Of a DNA stretch of 64,000 nucleotides, positions 13,729-26,050 are shown piece after piece (position 1 is the first letter of the stretch; each line of letters opens with the position of its first letter). Under the pieces are notes generated by a model that worked only from the letters and a program-made list of their open reading frames with translations, was not told the origin of the DNA and did no database searches. This DNA comes from Octopus vulgaris. Taxonomy: Eukaryota. The stretch lies in contig OX597821.1 of NCBI GenBank assembly GCA_951406725.2, positions 89,590,001-89,654,000 of the forward strand, given 5' to 3'. A program made the position numbers and the translations under genes.

Positions 13729-13918
13729 TGTGTGTGTGTTTATGTGCCTGTGTTTGTCCCCCCAAACATCGCTTAACAACTTAGCAGTTTGGCAAAAGAG
13801 ACCGATAGAATAAGTACTAAGCCTACAAAGAATAAGTCCTGGGGTCAATTTCCTCGATTAAAGGCAGTGCTCTAGCATGGCCACAGTCAGATGACTGAAG
13901 CAAGTAAAAGAGTAAAAA
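13485..13918 (+). mobile_element. SINE family B
   Basis: Matches family consensus. Confidence 0.9.
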
Positions 13919-14310
13919 AGATCAGGGCAGACAACAGCACAACTGTTACCAGTACTACCAGAAAGAACCTTTGGCATCCTCACAGAAACTCCTTGAAATA
14001 ACAGCCAAATGTTTCCTGAAATCATATTCTACCGTCTTTAAGTAAAAGAGAATACGTATGCAAATGCAATTCTGGATTGCCTATTTTCAAATAATCTGCA
14101 ATATATTTATGGTTAGAATGGGTGTAAGAATGATAGAATAATGTAATAAATGCTATAGATTATTTTATTTTCAGCCTCCAGGATTAACCCATTAGCATGT
14201 AACCTGGCCATTCCCAGCCAAAATATTCTATATGTTTTATATTCAAACTGACTAGACCTAACCTCTCACACCTTCACTACAATGTTCGTCTAAATATAAA
14301 CAATCATATC

Positions 14311-14510
14311 TGTGCGGGTGGCACGTAAAAAGCACCCACTACACTCATGGAGTGGTTGGCATTAGGAAGGGCATCCAGCCATAGAAACACTGCCAGATCT
14401 AACTGGGCCTGATGCGGTCTTCCGGCTTCACAGACCCCAGTTGAACCGTCCAACCCATGCTAGCATGGAAAACGGACGCTAAATGATGATGATGATGATG
14501 ATGATGATGA
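14311..14510 (+). mobile_element. Family C RTE 3' end nested in the MITE
   Basis: Matches family C, (GAT)n tail. Confidence 0.85.
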
Positions 14511-14572
14511 TATCATCAAAATCTTAAAAGTATGAAATAATGCGTGATTAATTCAAAACAATATTAATAAGT

Positions 14573-14893
14573 GTCCCTCCAGTCATGAATGACCATGGGA
14601 TTGTGTATTCCTCCAAGGCACAAGTCCAAGCTAGGTTGCTTATAGAAGAGCAGCAGTCACCATGCATACCGGCCTCCCCTCTCCATGCCACGGATGCTAT
14701 CTAAGGGAAAGACAAAGGCCAATACAGCTTGTCACCAGTGATGTTGCAACTCATTTCTACGGCTGAGTGAACTGGAATAACAAGAAGTAAAGTATCTTGT
14801 TCAAGAACACAACACACAACCCGGTCTGAGAACTGAACTCACTCCCTCATAATTGCAAGCCTAGCACTCTAATCACTGATCCATGTGCTTTCA
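14573..14893 (-). mobile_element. tRNA-derived CORE-like SINE (family H) nested in the MITE
   Basis: Homologous to 56118-56446. Confidence 0.8.
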
Positions 14894-15256
14894 TTTAATT
14901 AATATGCATTACAATTGACAGTGTAATCTGAATGTTAAAGGGTTAAACACATGACTAATTTCTGTCCTTGTGCTAACATGATAAGCTCTTAGTAGGAAGA
15001 TTCACCTGATTATCAGAATATCAGACAAAATGCTCTCCAGTATTGACTTGAGTCATTCTACATTTTTAGTTCAAAACCTGTCAAGGCTGATTTTGCTCTT
15101 TCTCTTTAAAAGATGGATAATATAAGGTTCCATTTAGCTATTAGCATCAACTTAATCAACAAATCCCTTACCCACAAATTTCTGGCTTCATGCTTATAAT
15201 AAAAACAATTTATCATTATTATTATTATCATCATCATCATCATTATTATCATTATT

Positions 15257-15298
<42 letters not shown>

Positions 15299-15622
15299 GT
15301 TGATATTATTATTATTGTTGTTGTTGTTGTTATTTTTGTTTTTGTTGTTGTTGAATCATTTTTATTATTATTATCATTATTATTATTTTAATAAGGCAGT
15401 GAGCAGGAGAATCATTAGCACACGAGGCAAAATGCTTAGCTGCAGTTCATCTCTCCTTCCATTCTGAGTTCAAACTCCACTGAGGGCAACTATACTTTTC
15501 ATCCTTTTGGGATTGATAATATAAGCATGAGCTGAGCACTTGGGAGTAATGTAATAAACTTACCCTCTCCTCAAAACATTGCCGAACTTGTGCCAAAATT
15601 TGAAATCATTATTATTATTATT

Positions 15623-16178
15623 GAGTGAGAGAGCAGTACATAACATCAAAGTGACACTGGGGTAAAATATACAAAGCCCAGTATATCCATCATGACTGCC
15701 CGTCTGATAAGGGTACACTAGGCACATACATCACAACCATAAGAGCATGACATGGTGATCTCATATCAAGATTAACAGCACATGACCTTGCAGGTCGGGC
15801 CTAGTTAGAAATTTCCTCAGGTCAAGTAGCCCATTCCACTCAAAAGATCCCTGAATGAGGGTTGTTGAAGGATGTTGAACAAACCACCCATGTTTCCAAA
15901 GGTGAATTATCCAAATCTCTAAGAATTCCTTTCAACACACGGCTATGATGCTCCCGCACTACTTCTGCTTATGATCAGAGATGCATTTATCGCCAGCCAC
16001 TAAGGGACATACTCAACTGGTTCAGGTCAAACAACTAACAAGCAAAGCTGTGGTATTGAGCAGAATATTTGTTGCAGCCAATTTTTTGTACCAAGACAAA
16101 ACAATGTACATGATAGCACTTCAAATCAGGGAAGATAAGAAGCCATGAGAGCCACAGCCTGGTACTGCATCAGGGCAT
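15623..16178 (-). mobile_element. Family D: about 560-bp non-coding retroposon in (TAA)n
   Basis: Three homologous copies (also 20889, 25059), same 3' end GCTCTCTCAC(T/C)C-(AAT)n. Confidence 0.8.
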
Positions 16179-16192
16179 AATATCATTATTAA

Positions 16193-16247
<55 letters not shown>

Positions 16248-16433
16248 ATTTAAGGATTGATGTTATTCCTCCTGAAGGTAAAGCAATAATAAGAAGAGCG
16301 TGACTGTTATCGAAATCCTTAAATGTTACCAAAACGAAGTAGATTCAGATGATTATTTTGAACTTGTGGAAGACACATGAAGTGTTGAGATATATATTTT
16401 CATTCAATAACAGTCGCACTCTTCTTATTGTTC

Positions 16434-16464
<31 letters not shown>

Positions 16465-16770
16465 AGTAGTTTTATTTTTATTGCGTGCTTTCACTTCACT
16501 ACCGAGTGCAGCTCTGTGTGCCTTAGGTATGTGCTATAGTTTTCTGTGAAGCTGTTACAGTTACTGTATTGAAAGTGCTTTGTGTAGGATGTGTGCAGTG
16601 CCCAGTAGTGCAATTTTCGGTATGTTATATATATTTGTAAGTCCTAGTGTTTTTGTTATGTATTTGACTGAATATTTTTTATCATACCTAATGCACCTAC
16701 TATGATAGGAATTGTTTCTGTTTTTAGATTCCACATTCGAGTTACCTCTATTTCCTTAGTTACCTCTATT
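16465..16770 (-). pseudogene. R4/Dong-like non-LTR 3' end
   Basis: IEVTRMWNLKTETIPIIVGALGMIKK...KIALLGTAHILHKALSIQ*, then 3' UTR and (TAA)n. Confidence 0.85.
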
Positions 16771-16789
16771 TTCTTCTTCTTCTTCTTCT

Positions 16790-17295
16790 TATTATTATCT
16801 TTTTTTTCCTCTTCTTTCAAATTTGCTTCCATTTCTTGCCGAGTGTCTTCCCGACACCTAGGGCAAAGAAACTCATAGTATACATTGGTAGGCCATTAAA
16901 CTAAACTCACTAGTTCGTTCATTTTTTTTTTTTAAAGCTAAATTAAAATACATGGGTACTGTAAGAGTTTGCGGTATGTCTCTCTTGAGATGGTCTACCT
17001 AATGCATAGTAATAAGCGTATATTACTTCTTTATACACTTCTCGGGTCCATTTGTTCCACTTACATTTTTCTTTCTGTGGTGGTTGTGGTGGTGAACTTG
17101 GAGGGCTCGAGTTGGGGAATTTCCCATTCAAGTGACCATCCATGTCCGTATTTGGAGAAGAGTTTGTGCCAGTTGATGACTTTTCGATCCCAGGCTGGCT
17201 GTTCCCTGGGGGACGCGCTTCCAGATTAACCATAGGACAAGCGATTTGGTATACTGATTTAGTTTTCCTTTTAGTTTCCAAAAACCTTTTGGTGC
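16790..17295 (-). pseudogene. R4-like element N-terminal ORF piece joined to a probable 3' UTR
   Basis: KWNKWTREVYKEVIYAYYYA resembles the R4-clade N-terminal KWT.E....YY motif; ends in (TAA/GAA)n. Confidence 0.55.
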
Positions 17296-17298
17296 TAC

Positions 17299-17478
17299 AT
17301 CATCATCATCATCGTTTAACGTTCGTTTTCCACGCTAGCACGGGTTAGACGATTCGACCGGGGTCTGGGAAGCCAGGGGCTGCACCAGGCTCCAGTCTGA
17401 TCTGGCAGTGTTTCTACAGCTGGATGCCCTTCCTAACGCCAACCACTCCGCAAGTGTAGTGGGTGCTTTTTATGTGCC
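17299..17478 (-). mobile_element. Family C RTE 3' end
   Basis: Matches family C. Confidence 0.85.
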
Positions 17479-17631
17479 TTTTTATGATAATGTTATCATT
17501 TTTGAGCTTTGATTGGCTCTTGGGGAGACGGCCATCATTGCCGTTACAATTATAATCGTACCATTATAGCAGCCGTAGTCGGCTTATTATTGTTATTATC
17601 ATCACCATTATTATCACTATTATCATTATCC

Positions 17632-17677
<46 letters not shown>

Positions 17678-17682
17678 CATCA

Positions 17683-17735
<53 letters not shown>

Positions 17736-17986
17736 ATTATTATTATTATTATTGTTAAAGCAATAAACTGGCAGAATTGTTACCTCTGATGGAAAAAGTG
17801 CTTAGCAGCATTTCTTCTGAATTTATGTTCTGAGTTCAAATGCCACTGGGATAGACTTTCACTTCCCTCTGTTTGGGGGTCAATAAAATAAATACCAGTT
17901 GAGCACTGAGCACTGAGGGCAATGCAATCAACTTTCTCCCACCCCCAAAATTTTGTGCCAAAATTTGAAATCGTTATTATTATTAT

Positions 17987-18017
<31 letters not shown>

Positions 18018-18019
18018 GG

Positions 18020-18325
18020 TGATTTAACTCAGGTTTAATCTTATTCCTGGTAGGATCTATTTGGTCTTTCGAGTGCTTAAAACGCTCCTGATAATCTTTC
18101 CTGTTCCAAAGAAGCAAGCTCTTTGTAAGTGCTCTACAGGGCGTTCTATTCTAATCTCCTTCAGTCATTTGTCAATATCTTTAATTACAGTTCCCAATGC
18201 ACCAATTATTACAGACACAAACTTTACAGTTTTCATATTCAAAATTCTTCTAATTTCAAATTTTATGGATTTGTATTTTTTGTTTTTGTTTTTATCCTCT
18301 TTCTTTACAATCTTGGAGTCAAACA
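18020..18325 (-). pseudogene. R4/Dong-like RLE C-terminus, second family
   Basis: KKYKSIKFEIRRILNMKTVKFVSVIIGALGTV...EHLQRACFFGTGKIIRSVL; (TAA)n tail. Confidence 0.8.
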
Positions 18326-18326
18326 T

Positions 18327-18334
18327 AAATAATG

Positions 18335-18381
<47 letters not shown>

Positions 18382-18395
18382 TATAATAATAATAC

Positions 18396-18455
<60 letters not shown>

Positions 18456-18467
18456 TATTATTATTAC

Positions 18468-18500
<33 letters not shown>

Positions 18501-18696
18501 GAAGAAGAAGAAGAAGAAGAAGAAGAAGAAGAAGAAGAAGAAGAAGAAGAAGAAGAAAGAAGAAGAAGAAGAAGAAGACGAAGACGAAGAAGAAGAAGAA
18601 GAACAAGAAGAACAAGAAGAAGAAGAAGAAGAAGAAGAAGAAGAAGAAGAAGAAGAAGAAGAAGAAGAAGAAGAAGAAGAAGAAGAAGAAGAAGAA
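18327..18696. repeat. (AAT)n-(TTA)n-(GAA)n compound microsatellite
   Basis: Directly visible. Confidence 0.95.
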
Positions 18697-18733
18697 TGCA
18701 ATAAAATTTGTAATAGATTGTTTATTTAACGGT

Positions 18734-18776
18734 TTGAACAATATTTCACCAGATCATCTGTCTTCTTCAGGTTCAA
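18734..18776 (-). ncRNA. Hammerhead ribozyme motif in the PLE 3' pLTR
   Basis: ttgaac CTGAAGA agacag-atgat-ctggt GAAA tatt gttcaa; 6-bp stem I, palindromic AATATT stem III. Confidence 0.75.
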
Positions 18777-19384
18777 AATCTGAAATGAAAATAGCTGCGG
18801 AAAAAAAGACAGAAATTCAAAATACAAACAAGGAAATCCTTCGTCCCTATTTTGATAGAATGACATCATCAGTTTTCACTTTTGTAACTAGTAAAAGGAA
18901 AAATAAAAATAAAACGAAAAGAAATAAAGAAAAAGAGGTGAATAGAGTACTTAGTCTAACAGTTTTGTGTAAATGTGATGAAATTCCTCTGTCATTCTAT
19001 TCATTCCTCAAGGGTGTGATTTTAGTAATTCACAAATATATTTGTCCTCATGCAATTTGACGACTGAAAGTGTAGTAGATTCAGAATATTTTCTGAGAAT
19101 GTGCACTTTCAGGTTTTCCTCAAAAGTGAAGCTGTGTAGTGTAAAATATTCAGCAAGTTCTGTCAAACCACTACTATTGTGCCTGGGCCTATTGAATCAT
19201 ATCTTTGCCTATTGAATCTTTTTTTAAATTTTTCTATTGTACAACCGACATAAATCGAGTTGTCTGGTGTATTCTGCTGCATGCACCAAATATGAATCTT
19301 TACACATCCCACTTTCTATATAAATCATAACATTTCTGTTATAATTCCTAACAGAATAGACTTAACACATATTGTTGCATAATG

Positions 19385-19796
19385 GCAGGAGTGGCTGTGT
19401 GGCAAGTAGCTTGTTTACCAACCACATGGTTCTGAGTTCAAGTCCCACTGCGTGGCACCTTGGGCAAGTGTCTTCTACTATAGCCTCGGGCCAACCAAAG
19501 TCTTGTGAGTGGATTTGGTAGATGGAAACTGAAAGAAGCTCGTCGTATATATGTATATATATATATATATATATGTGCGTGTGTGTTTGTGTGTCTGTGT
19601 TTGTCCTACTAGCATTGCTTGACAACCGATGCTGGTGTGTTTATGTCCCCCGTCACTTAGCGGTTCGGCAAAAGAGACCGATAGAATAAGTACTGGGCTT
19701 ACAAAGAATTGGTCCCGGGGTCGAGTTGCTCGATTAAAGGTGGTACTCCAGCATGGCCACAGTCAAATGACTGAAACAGGTAAAAGAGTAAAAGAA
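19385..19796 (+). mobile_element. SINE family B inserted in the PLE
   Basis: Matches consensus; splits PLE linker from GIY-YIG. Confidence 0.9.
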
Positions 19797-20714
19797 TGAA
19801 TATGGCTTACCTCTCTTGAGGTTGTATTTCAAGGTGCAGCAAGCAGAAACTCCAGTGTTAGTTTTCTTGAAGTTAGAGGTAGTGGTTAATATTTCTCTTA
19901 TATCTTTATTGTGTCTAAAAGCTACAATAGGTGACTGAGGGAATATTTGTTAGAAACAAGAATATTTTTTCTGCAAAATGCTGATAACTTTCATTGAACA
20001 CATGCAATGCCAGTGAAATTTTGGTGCCAGTTAATCACTAAAGCAATTTTATCACAAATTTTACTTTGGTTTCTAAAATTATGTGTGGAAGTTTAACATT
20101 TCTTGTTAATTTTATTTATGCCATTTGTGATTTCCTTTAATCGTGTTTGACATGATGGTGTACTAAAGAATTTGCACATTTCCAGTAATCCCTTACATCA
20201 ATACAAATCCGTTTTATCCTCAAACATTGGGATTTTGGGGTTTGACTTAATTATATGATGTGGATGATTGGAGCGGCGGTGAAGGTAAATGTGGGATGAA
20301 ATGGGCTTGTAAAATAACTCTGTCACTTTTCCGCCACTAGAAAACTTTACTTTTATGTTCAAAAACTCAACACTAGTTTTTGAAAAACTAGACATAAATT
20401 TTATACTGGACTTAAATCCATAGTTTTTAGAGTAAAAGTAACAGAAATGCAAGAAGTTAACTAAACTGTCCTGTGATCCTTCCCAGACAAAAAAAAATAT
20501 CATCAATGAACCATAACCAGAGTATTGTTTGATGACCATGCAGGGATTTGAATGTCTTCATTAACTCTGTCTTGAATTTCTTTATTATTTCTTTTTCCTT
20601 TTACCAGTTACGAAAGTGAAAACTGATGATGTCATTCTGTCAAAATAGAAATACAGGATTTCCTTGTTTGTATTTTGAATTTCTGTGTTTCTTCAGTTAT
20701 TTTAATTTTATCTT

Positions 20715-20757
20715 TTGAACTTGAAGAAGACAGCCAATCTGCTGAAATATTGTTCAA
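20715..20757 (+). ncRNA. Hammerhead motif in the inverted pLTR (C3 to U)
   Basis: ttgaac TTGAAGA agacag-ccaat-ctgct GAAA tatt gttcaa. Confidence 0.65.
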
Positions 20758-20832
20758 ACTGTTAAATAAACAATCACAACTTGCAATGTGCTCTTCTTAT
20801 TGTCTTTTTACCTTCATGAAGTGTTACATCAA

Positions 20833-20888
<56 letters not shown>

Positions 20889-21412
20889 GGGTGAGAGAGC
20901 AATACAAGCCTTCAAAGTGATGCTGGGGTACAAATATACAAAACCCAATATACCCATCATGGCTACCTGTCTGATAAGGGTACACCAGACACAAGCATCA
21001 CAACCACATGTGTATGACATGGTGATCTCATATCAAGATAAACAATGCATGACCTTGCAGGTGGGGTCCAGTTAGAATTTTCTTCAGGTTGAATTATTCA
21101 TCCTGCTCAAAAGGTCTCAGAGTAAGGGTTGTTTAAGCATGTTGAACAAAACACATATGTTTCTTCAGGTTGAATTATTTAAACTTCAAAGAATTCTTCT
21201 CAACATATGGATATGATGCTTCTCAACTACGTCTGTCCATGGTCAGAGATGCACATATTGTCAGCCACCAAGGGATATGCTCAACTGGTTAAGCAAATCA
21301 GTGGTATTAAGCAGAATACTTACTGTGGTCCATCTTTTATAGCAAGACAAACAATGTACATGATAACACTTCCAATCAGTTAAGATGAGAAACCATGAGA
21401 GCCACTGCCTGG
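20889..21412 (-). mobile_element. Family D retroposon
   Basis: Homologous to 15623-16178. Confidence 0.8.
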
Positions 21413-21431
21413 GTTTGCTTTATTATTATTA

Positions 21432-22725
21432 AGGAGGTGCATGTGGCAGGCTGGCAGGAATGTTAGCATGCTGGGTGAAATTGTAAGCGGTATTTCAAAA
21501 TTCCGCCGAGGTCTACTTTGCCTTTCATCCTTTTGGGGGTCAATAAATTAAGTACCAGTTGCATACTGAGGTAGATCTAATCAACTAGTTCCTTCCTCCA
21601 AAATTTCAGGCCTTGTGCCTAGAGTAAAAATGTATTATTATGGAGGTGATCTGGCAGAATCGTTAGCACACTGTGAAATACTTAACAGTGTTTCATCTGT
21701 TTTCACCTTCTGAGTTCAAATTCCGCTGAGGTCGACATTGCCTTTCATCCTTTTGGAGTCAATACCAGTTGAATATTGGAGTCGATATAATTGGCTATCT
21801 CCCTTCCCTTCCCTAAACTTCAGGCCTTGTGCCTTTTGTAGAAAGGGTCATCATCATCATTATCATCATCATCATCATTATTATTATTATTAGAAGACAG
21901 TGAGCTGGCAGAATTGTTAGCATGCTAGACGAAATATTTATTGGTATTTTGCCTGTCACTCCATTCTGAGCTCAAATTCTAGTAAGGTCAACTTTGCTTT
22001 ACATACTTTCGAGGTCAATAAAAGTAAATATTGGTTGAATGGTGGGGTCAATGTAATTGACTCATCCCCTCTCCCAAAATTGCTGCCCTTCTAACAAAAC
22101 TTGAAACCATTATCATTATTATTATTATTATTAGTAGTAGTAGTAGTAAGGTGGTGAGCTGGCAGAAACGTTAGCACGCTGGGCGAAATGCTTAGCGGTA
22201 TTTTGTCTGCCGTTACGTTCTGAGTTCAAATTCCGCCGAGGTCAATTTTGCCTTTCATCCTTTCGGGGTCGATTAAAGAAGTACCAGTTACGCACTGGGG
22301 TCGATGTAATCGACTTAATCCGTTTGTCTGTCCTTGTTTGTCCCCTCTGTGTTTAGCCCCTTGTGGGTAGTAAAGAAATAGGTATTTCGTCTAATGCTAC
22401 GTTCTGAGTTCAAATTCCGCCAAGGTTGACTTTGCCTTTCATCTTTTTGGGGGTCAATAAATTAAGTACTAGTTACGTACTGGGATCGATCTAATCGATT
22501 GTCTGTCCTTGTTTGTCCTCTCTGTGTTTAGCCCCTTGTGAGTAGTAAAGAAATAAGTATTTCGTCTGTCTTTACATTCTTAGTTCAAATTCCGCCAAGG
22601 TTGACATTGCCTTTCATCTTTTTGGGGGTCAATAAATTAAGTACTAGTTACGTACTGGGATCGATCTAATCGATTGGCCCCTTCCTCCAAAATTTCAGGC
22701 TTTGTACCTATAGTAGAAAGATTAT
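21432..22725 (+). mobile_element. Head-to-tail cluster of family A SINEs, ending in a trimer (22150-22725)
   Basis: Four heads (CTGGCAG.A..GTTAGCA), six cores, same orientation, separated by (TTA/TCA)n. Confidence 0.85.
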
Positions 22726-23278
22726 TATTATTAGTAGTAGCAACAGCAATATCAATGGCATTATTATTATTATTGCCATTTTTTACTGTTAGTTTGTTTT
22801 GCAAGTGGAATTAAGATACATTTTTTTTTATTTCCTATTCTAAACTAGAAACACATTCAAAAATCCTAAAATTAAATTCTCCCTTGCAATGGTTCATTTG
22901 AAAAGACAGTTTTCGCATTTTTTTTTTCAATTTTTAGTTTGTATTTTCTCTTTTTACATATTTTTCATTTTTTACTTTACTTTACTTTTCTTCTTTTTTT
23001 TTTTGTCATTTTCAAAACAAAAGAAATTAGTTCCATTCACTTTTTGAAAAATTCTGCAGAAATTATTTTACCCACAACAATATATAGATATGTATGTGTG
23101 CGTATATGTGTGCATGTATATGCATGTGTGTGTGTGTGTGTACACACATCCACACCCACACACACATGTATATATACATATATATATGTATGTGTATATG
23201 TGTGTCTGTGTATATGTGTGTGTGCATGTGTGTATGTGCATATGTGTATGTGCATGTGTGTGTGTGTATTTGGAACCA

Positions 23279-23323
<45 letters not shown>

Positions 23324-23448
23324 CATAATAATAATAATACCATCACCAACAGCAACAATAGACAAAAATGAAGAACTGCTGATGAATGTTAAAGGATTTA
23401 GCTCATTTAATGTCTCTGGTTTGAGAAGTAAATGTGTGTGTGTTTGTG

Positions 23449-23522
<74 letters not shown>

Positions 23523-23681
23523 TGTGCGTTTGTGTTTGTGTGTGTGTGTTTAGATTCAATTTTTCATTCTAGAATCAACATCTTTGAAAGTTTGATTCAA
23601 TTGGTACAAAGAGTAGAGAGCAGAATGGTACAAGAAAGATAAAGAGAGTGAGGGTGACAGTAGGACATAGAAAGACAGAGA

Positions 23682-23730
<49 letters not shown>

Positions 23731-23959
23731 TATCTGATGTAAATATAGAGATATCTTGAAAAAGAAAAAAAAATAACACATCTTTTCTGGGACATTTTAT
23801 TATTATCCAAGTTCAAAAGCTTATCTTTATTTGCTTTCTTTCTGAATACTATTTTATTTTATTTCATTTTATTTCATATTTTACTTACTTTTATAGAATA
23901 CAAGAAAATGTTATGTTGAATTGTGGCTAGCATTCATTTCAATAATATAGCTGTTATGA

Positions 23960-24850
23960 TCGAGCTGGCAGAAACGTTAGCACGCCGGGCGAAATGCTTA
24001 GCGGTATTTTGTCTGCAGTTACGTTCTGAGTTCAAATTTTGCCGAGGTCGACTCTGCCTTTCATCCTTTTGGGGTCGATTATATAAGTACTAGTTACACA
24101 CTGTGGTCGATATAATCGACTTAACTCGTTTGTCTGTCCTTGTTTGTCCCCTCTGTGTTTAACCCCTTGTGGCTAGTAAAGAAATAGGTATTTTGTCTGC
24201 CGCTACACTTTGAGTTTAAATTCCGCTGAGGTCGACTTTACCTTTCATCCTTTCGGGGTCAATAAAAGTACTGGTTGCGTACTGAGGTTGATCTAATCGA
24301 CTGCCCCCCCCCCCCAAGTTTCGGACCTTGTGCCTAGAGTAGAAATGAATATAGCTGTTATGATATTTTTGTTGTTGTTAGTGTTATTACTATTAGCATT
24401 GTTTTTAAGGCAATAACCTTGTAGAATCATTAACACACAGGGTTTAGCGGTATTTTGTCTGTCATTAATTTCTGCTGAGGTCAAGTTTGCCTGTCATTCT
24501 TTCAGGGTCGATAAAATAAGTACAATTTAAGCACTGGGGGTCAATGTAATCGACAGGTTCCTCTCCCACAAATTTCATGCCTTGTGCCTATAGAAGAAAG
24601 GATTATTATTATTGTTGCTGTTTTTATTCTTATCATTACCATTATTGTTATGTTCTAGATAGCAAGCTGGCAGAATCGTTAGCACACTGGAAAAAGTGCT
24701 TAGTGGTATTTTACCTGTCCCTATGTCATGAGTTCAAAGCTTGCCAAGGTCAATTTGCCTTTCCTCATTTCAGAGTCAATAAAATAAGTACCAGTTGCAT
24801 ATGGGGTCAATCTAATATTCAGGCCTTGTGCCTATAGTAGAAAGGATTAT
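23960..24850 (+). mobile_element. Family A SINE dimer plus two monomers
   Basis: Matches consensus; tail-core junction TAAAGAAATA|GGTATTT at about 24186. Confidence 0.85.
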
Positions 24851-25006
24851 TATTTTTTTTTTCATATATACTCAACTGATTAGATGTTGAAAAAGAAAAA
24901 AATTCCATCATCAAATTACAACCAATATACTGAGATGCCATGAACTCTCCTAACTATCCTAGTTGTCCCTAATAACGCTGTTTTCTGTACTAAACTGGGT
25001 TTTAAA

Positions 25007-25058
<52 letters not shown>

Positions 25059-25614
25059 GAGTGAGAGAGCAGTTCATGCCATCAAAGTGACACTGGGGTA
25101 AAATATACGAAGCCCAATATACCCATCATGACTACCCGTCTGATAAGGGTACACCAGGCACATGCATCACAACCATATGTGCGCGACATGGTGATCTCAT
25201 ATCAAGATAAACAGCACATGACCTTGCAGGTGGGGCCCAGTTAGAATTTTCTTCAGGTTGAGTAGCCCATCCCACTCAAAAGGTCCCTGAATAAAAGATA
25301 TTTAAGGATGTTGAAAGAAGCACCCATGTTTCCAGAGGTGAATTATTCAAACCCCAAAGAATCCCTCTCAACACATGGCTATGATGCTCCCCCACTACTT
25401 CTGCTCATGATTAGAGATGAACATATCGTCAGCCACTAAGGGACATGCTCAACTGGTTAAAGTCAAACAACTGACAATCAAATCTGTGGTATTGAGCAGA
25501 ATATTTGCTGTAGCCCATCTTTTATACCAAGACAAAACAATGTACATGATAACACTTCCAATCAGTTAAGATCAGAAGCCATGAGAGCCTTTAAGATCAG
25601 AAGCCATGAGAGCC
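25059..25614 (-). mobile_element. Family D retroposon with duplicated 5' end
   Basis: Homologous copy; TTAAGATCAGAAGCCATGAGAGCC occurs twice in tandem. Confidence 0.85.
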
Positions 25615-25633
25615 TTTATTATTATTATTATTA

Positions 25634-25679
<46 letters not shown>

Positions 25680-25887
25680 CATACACTCAACAGAGTAGAC
25701 TGTTGGAAAAGAAAAGAATCCTAACATCCGGCTACAACAAGTTCCCTTAGATGCCTAGAACCCTTCTATTGGATTACAACAAGTAACCTTAGATGTCAAG
25801 AACCCTCTTAAGTAATTATCTTCATCATCTTAAGTAATTATCTTAAGTAATTATCATCATCATCATCATCATCATTATTATAATTAT

Positions 25888-26050
25888 TTTGTCTTTGCAC
25901 AGCTTCTAATGCTGGAGATGTACTACAGTGTCAGCTGCTTACTACCAGTGAACCAGTGAACTGAGGTAACACCCCTTATTTTTCAAGCACCATCTGGAGT
26001 ATTGAAGCAGTGCTGTTTTCTGCAAGTGTTCCACTCTTATTGCATCCCCC
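25888..26050 (-). pseudogene. R4-like RLE extreme C-terminus and 3' UTR
   Basis: AIRVEHLQKTALL/ILQMVLEK*. Confidence 0.65.

Larger units (their letters stand above)
14188..14942 (+). mobile_element. piggyBac-type MITE with two nested retroposons
   Basis: TTAA|CCCATTAGCAT ... ATGTTAAAGGG|TTAA; a homologous copy lies at 56792-57578. Confidence 0.8.
18715..20780 (-). mobile_element. 5'-truncated Penelope-like element with inverted pLTRs
   Basis: RT: WLWFIDDIFF/FVWEG...IKF...FLNIKV...LFYKPISSHIYLHRRSNHPHH; linker IFPQSPIVAFRHNKDIREIL; GIY-YIG SIYVGCTIEKFKKRFN; 18715-18910 is the reverse complement of 20585-20780. Confidence 0.9.
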
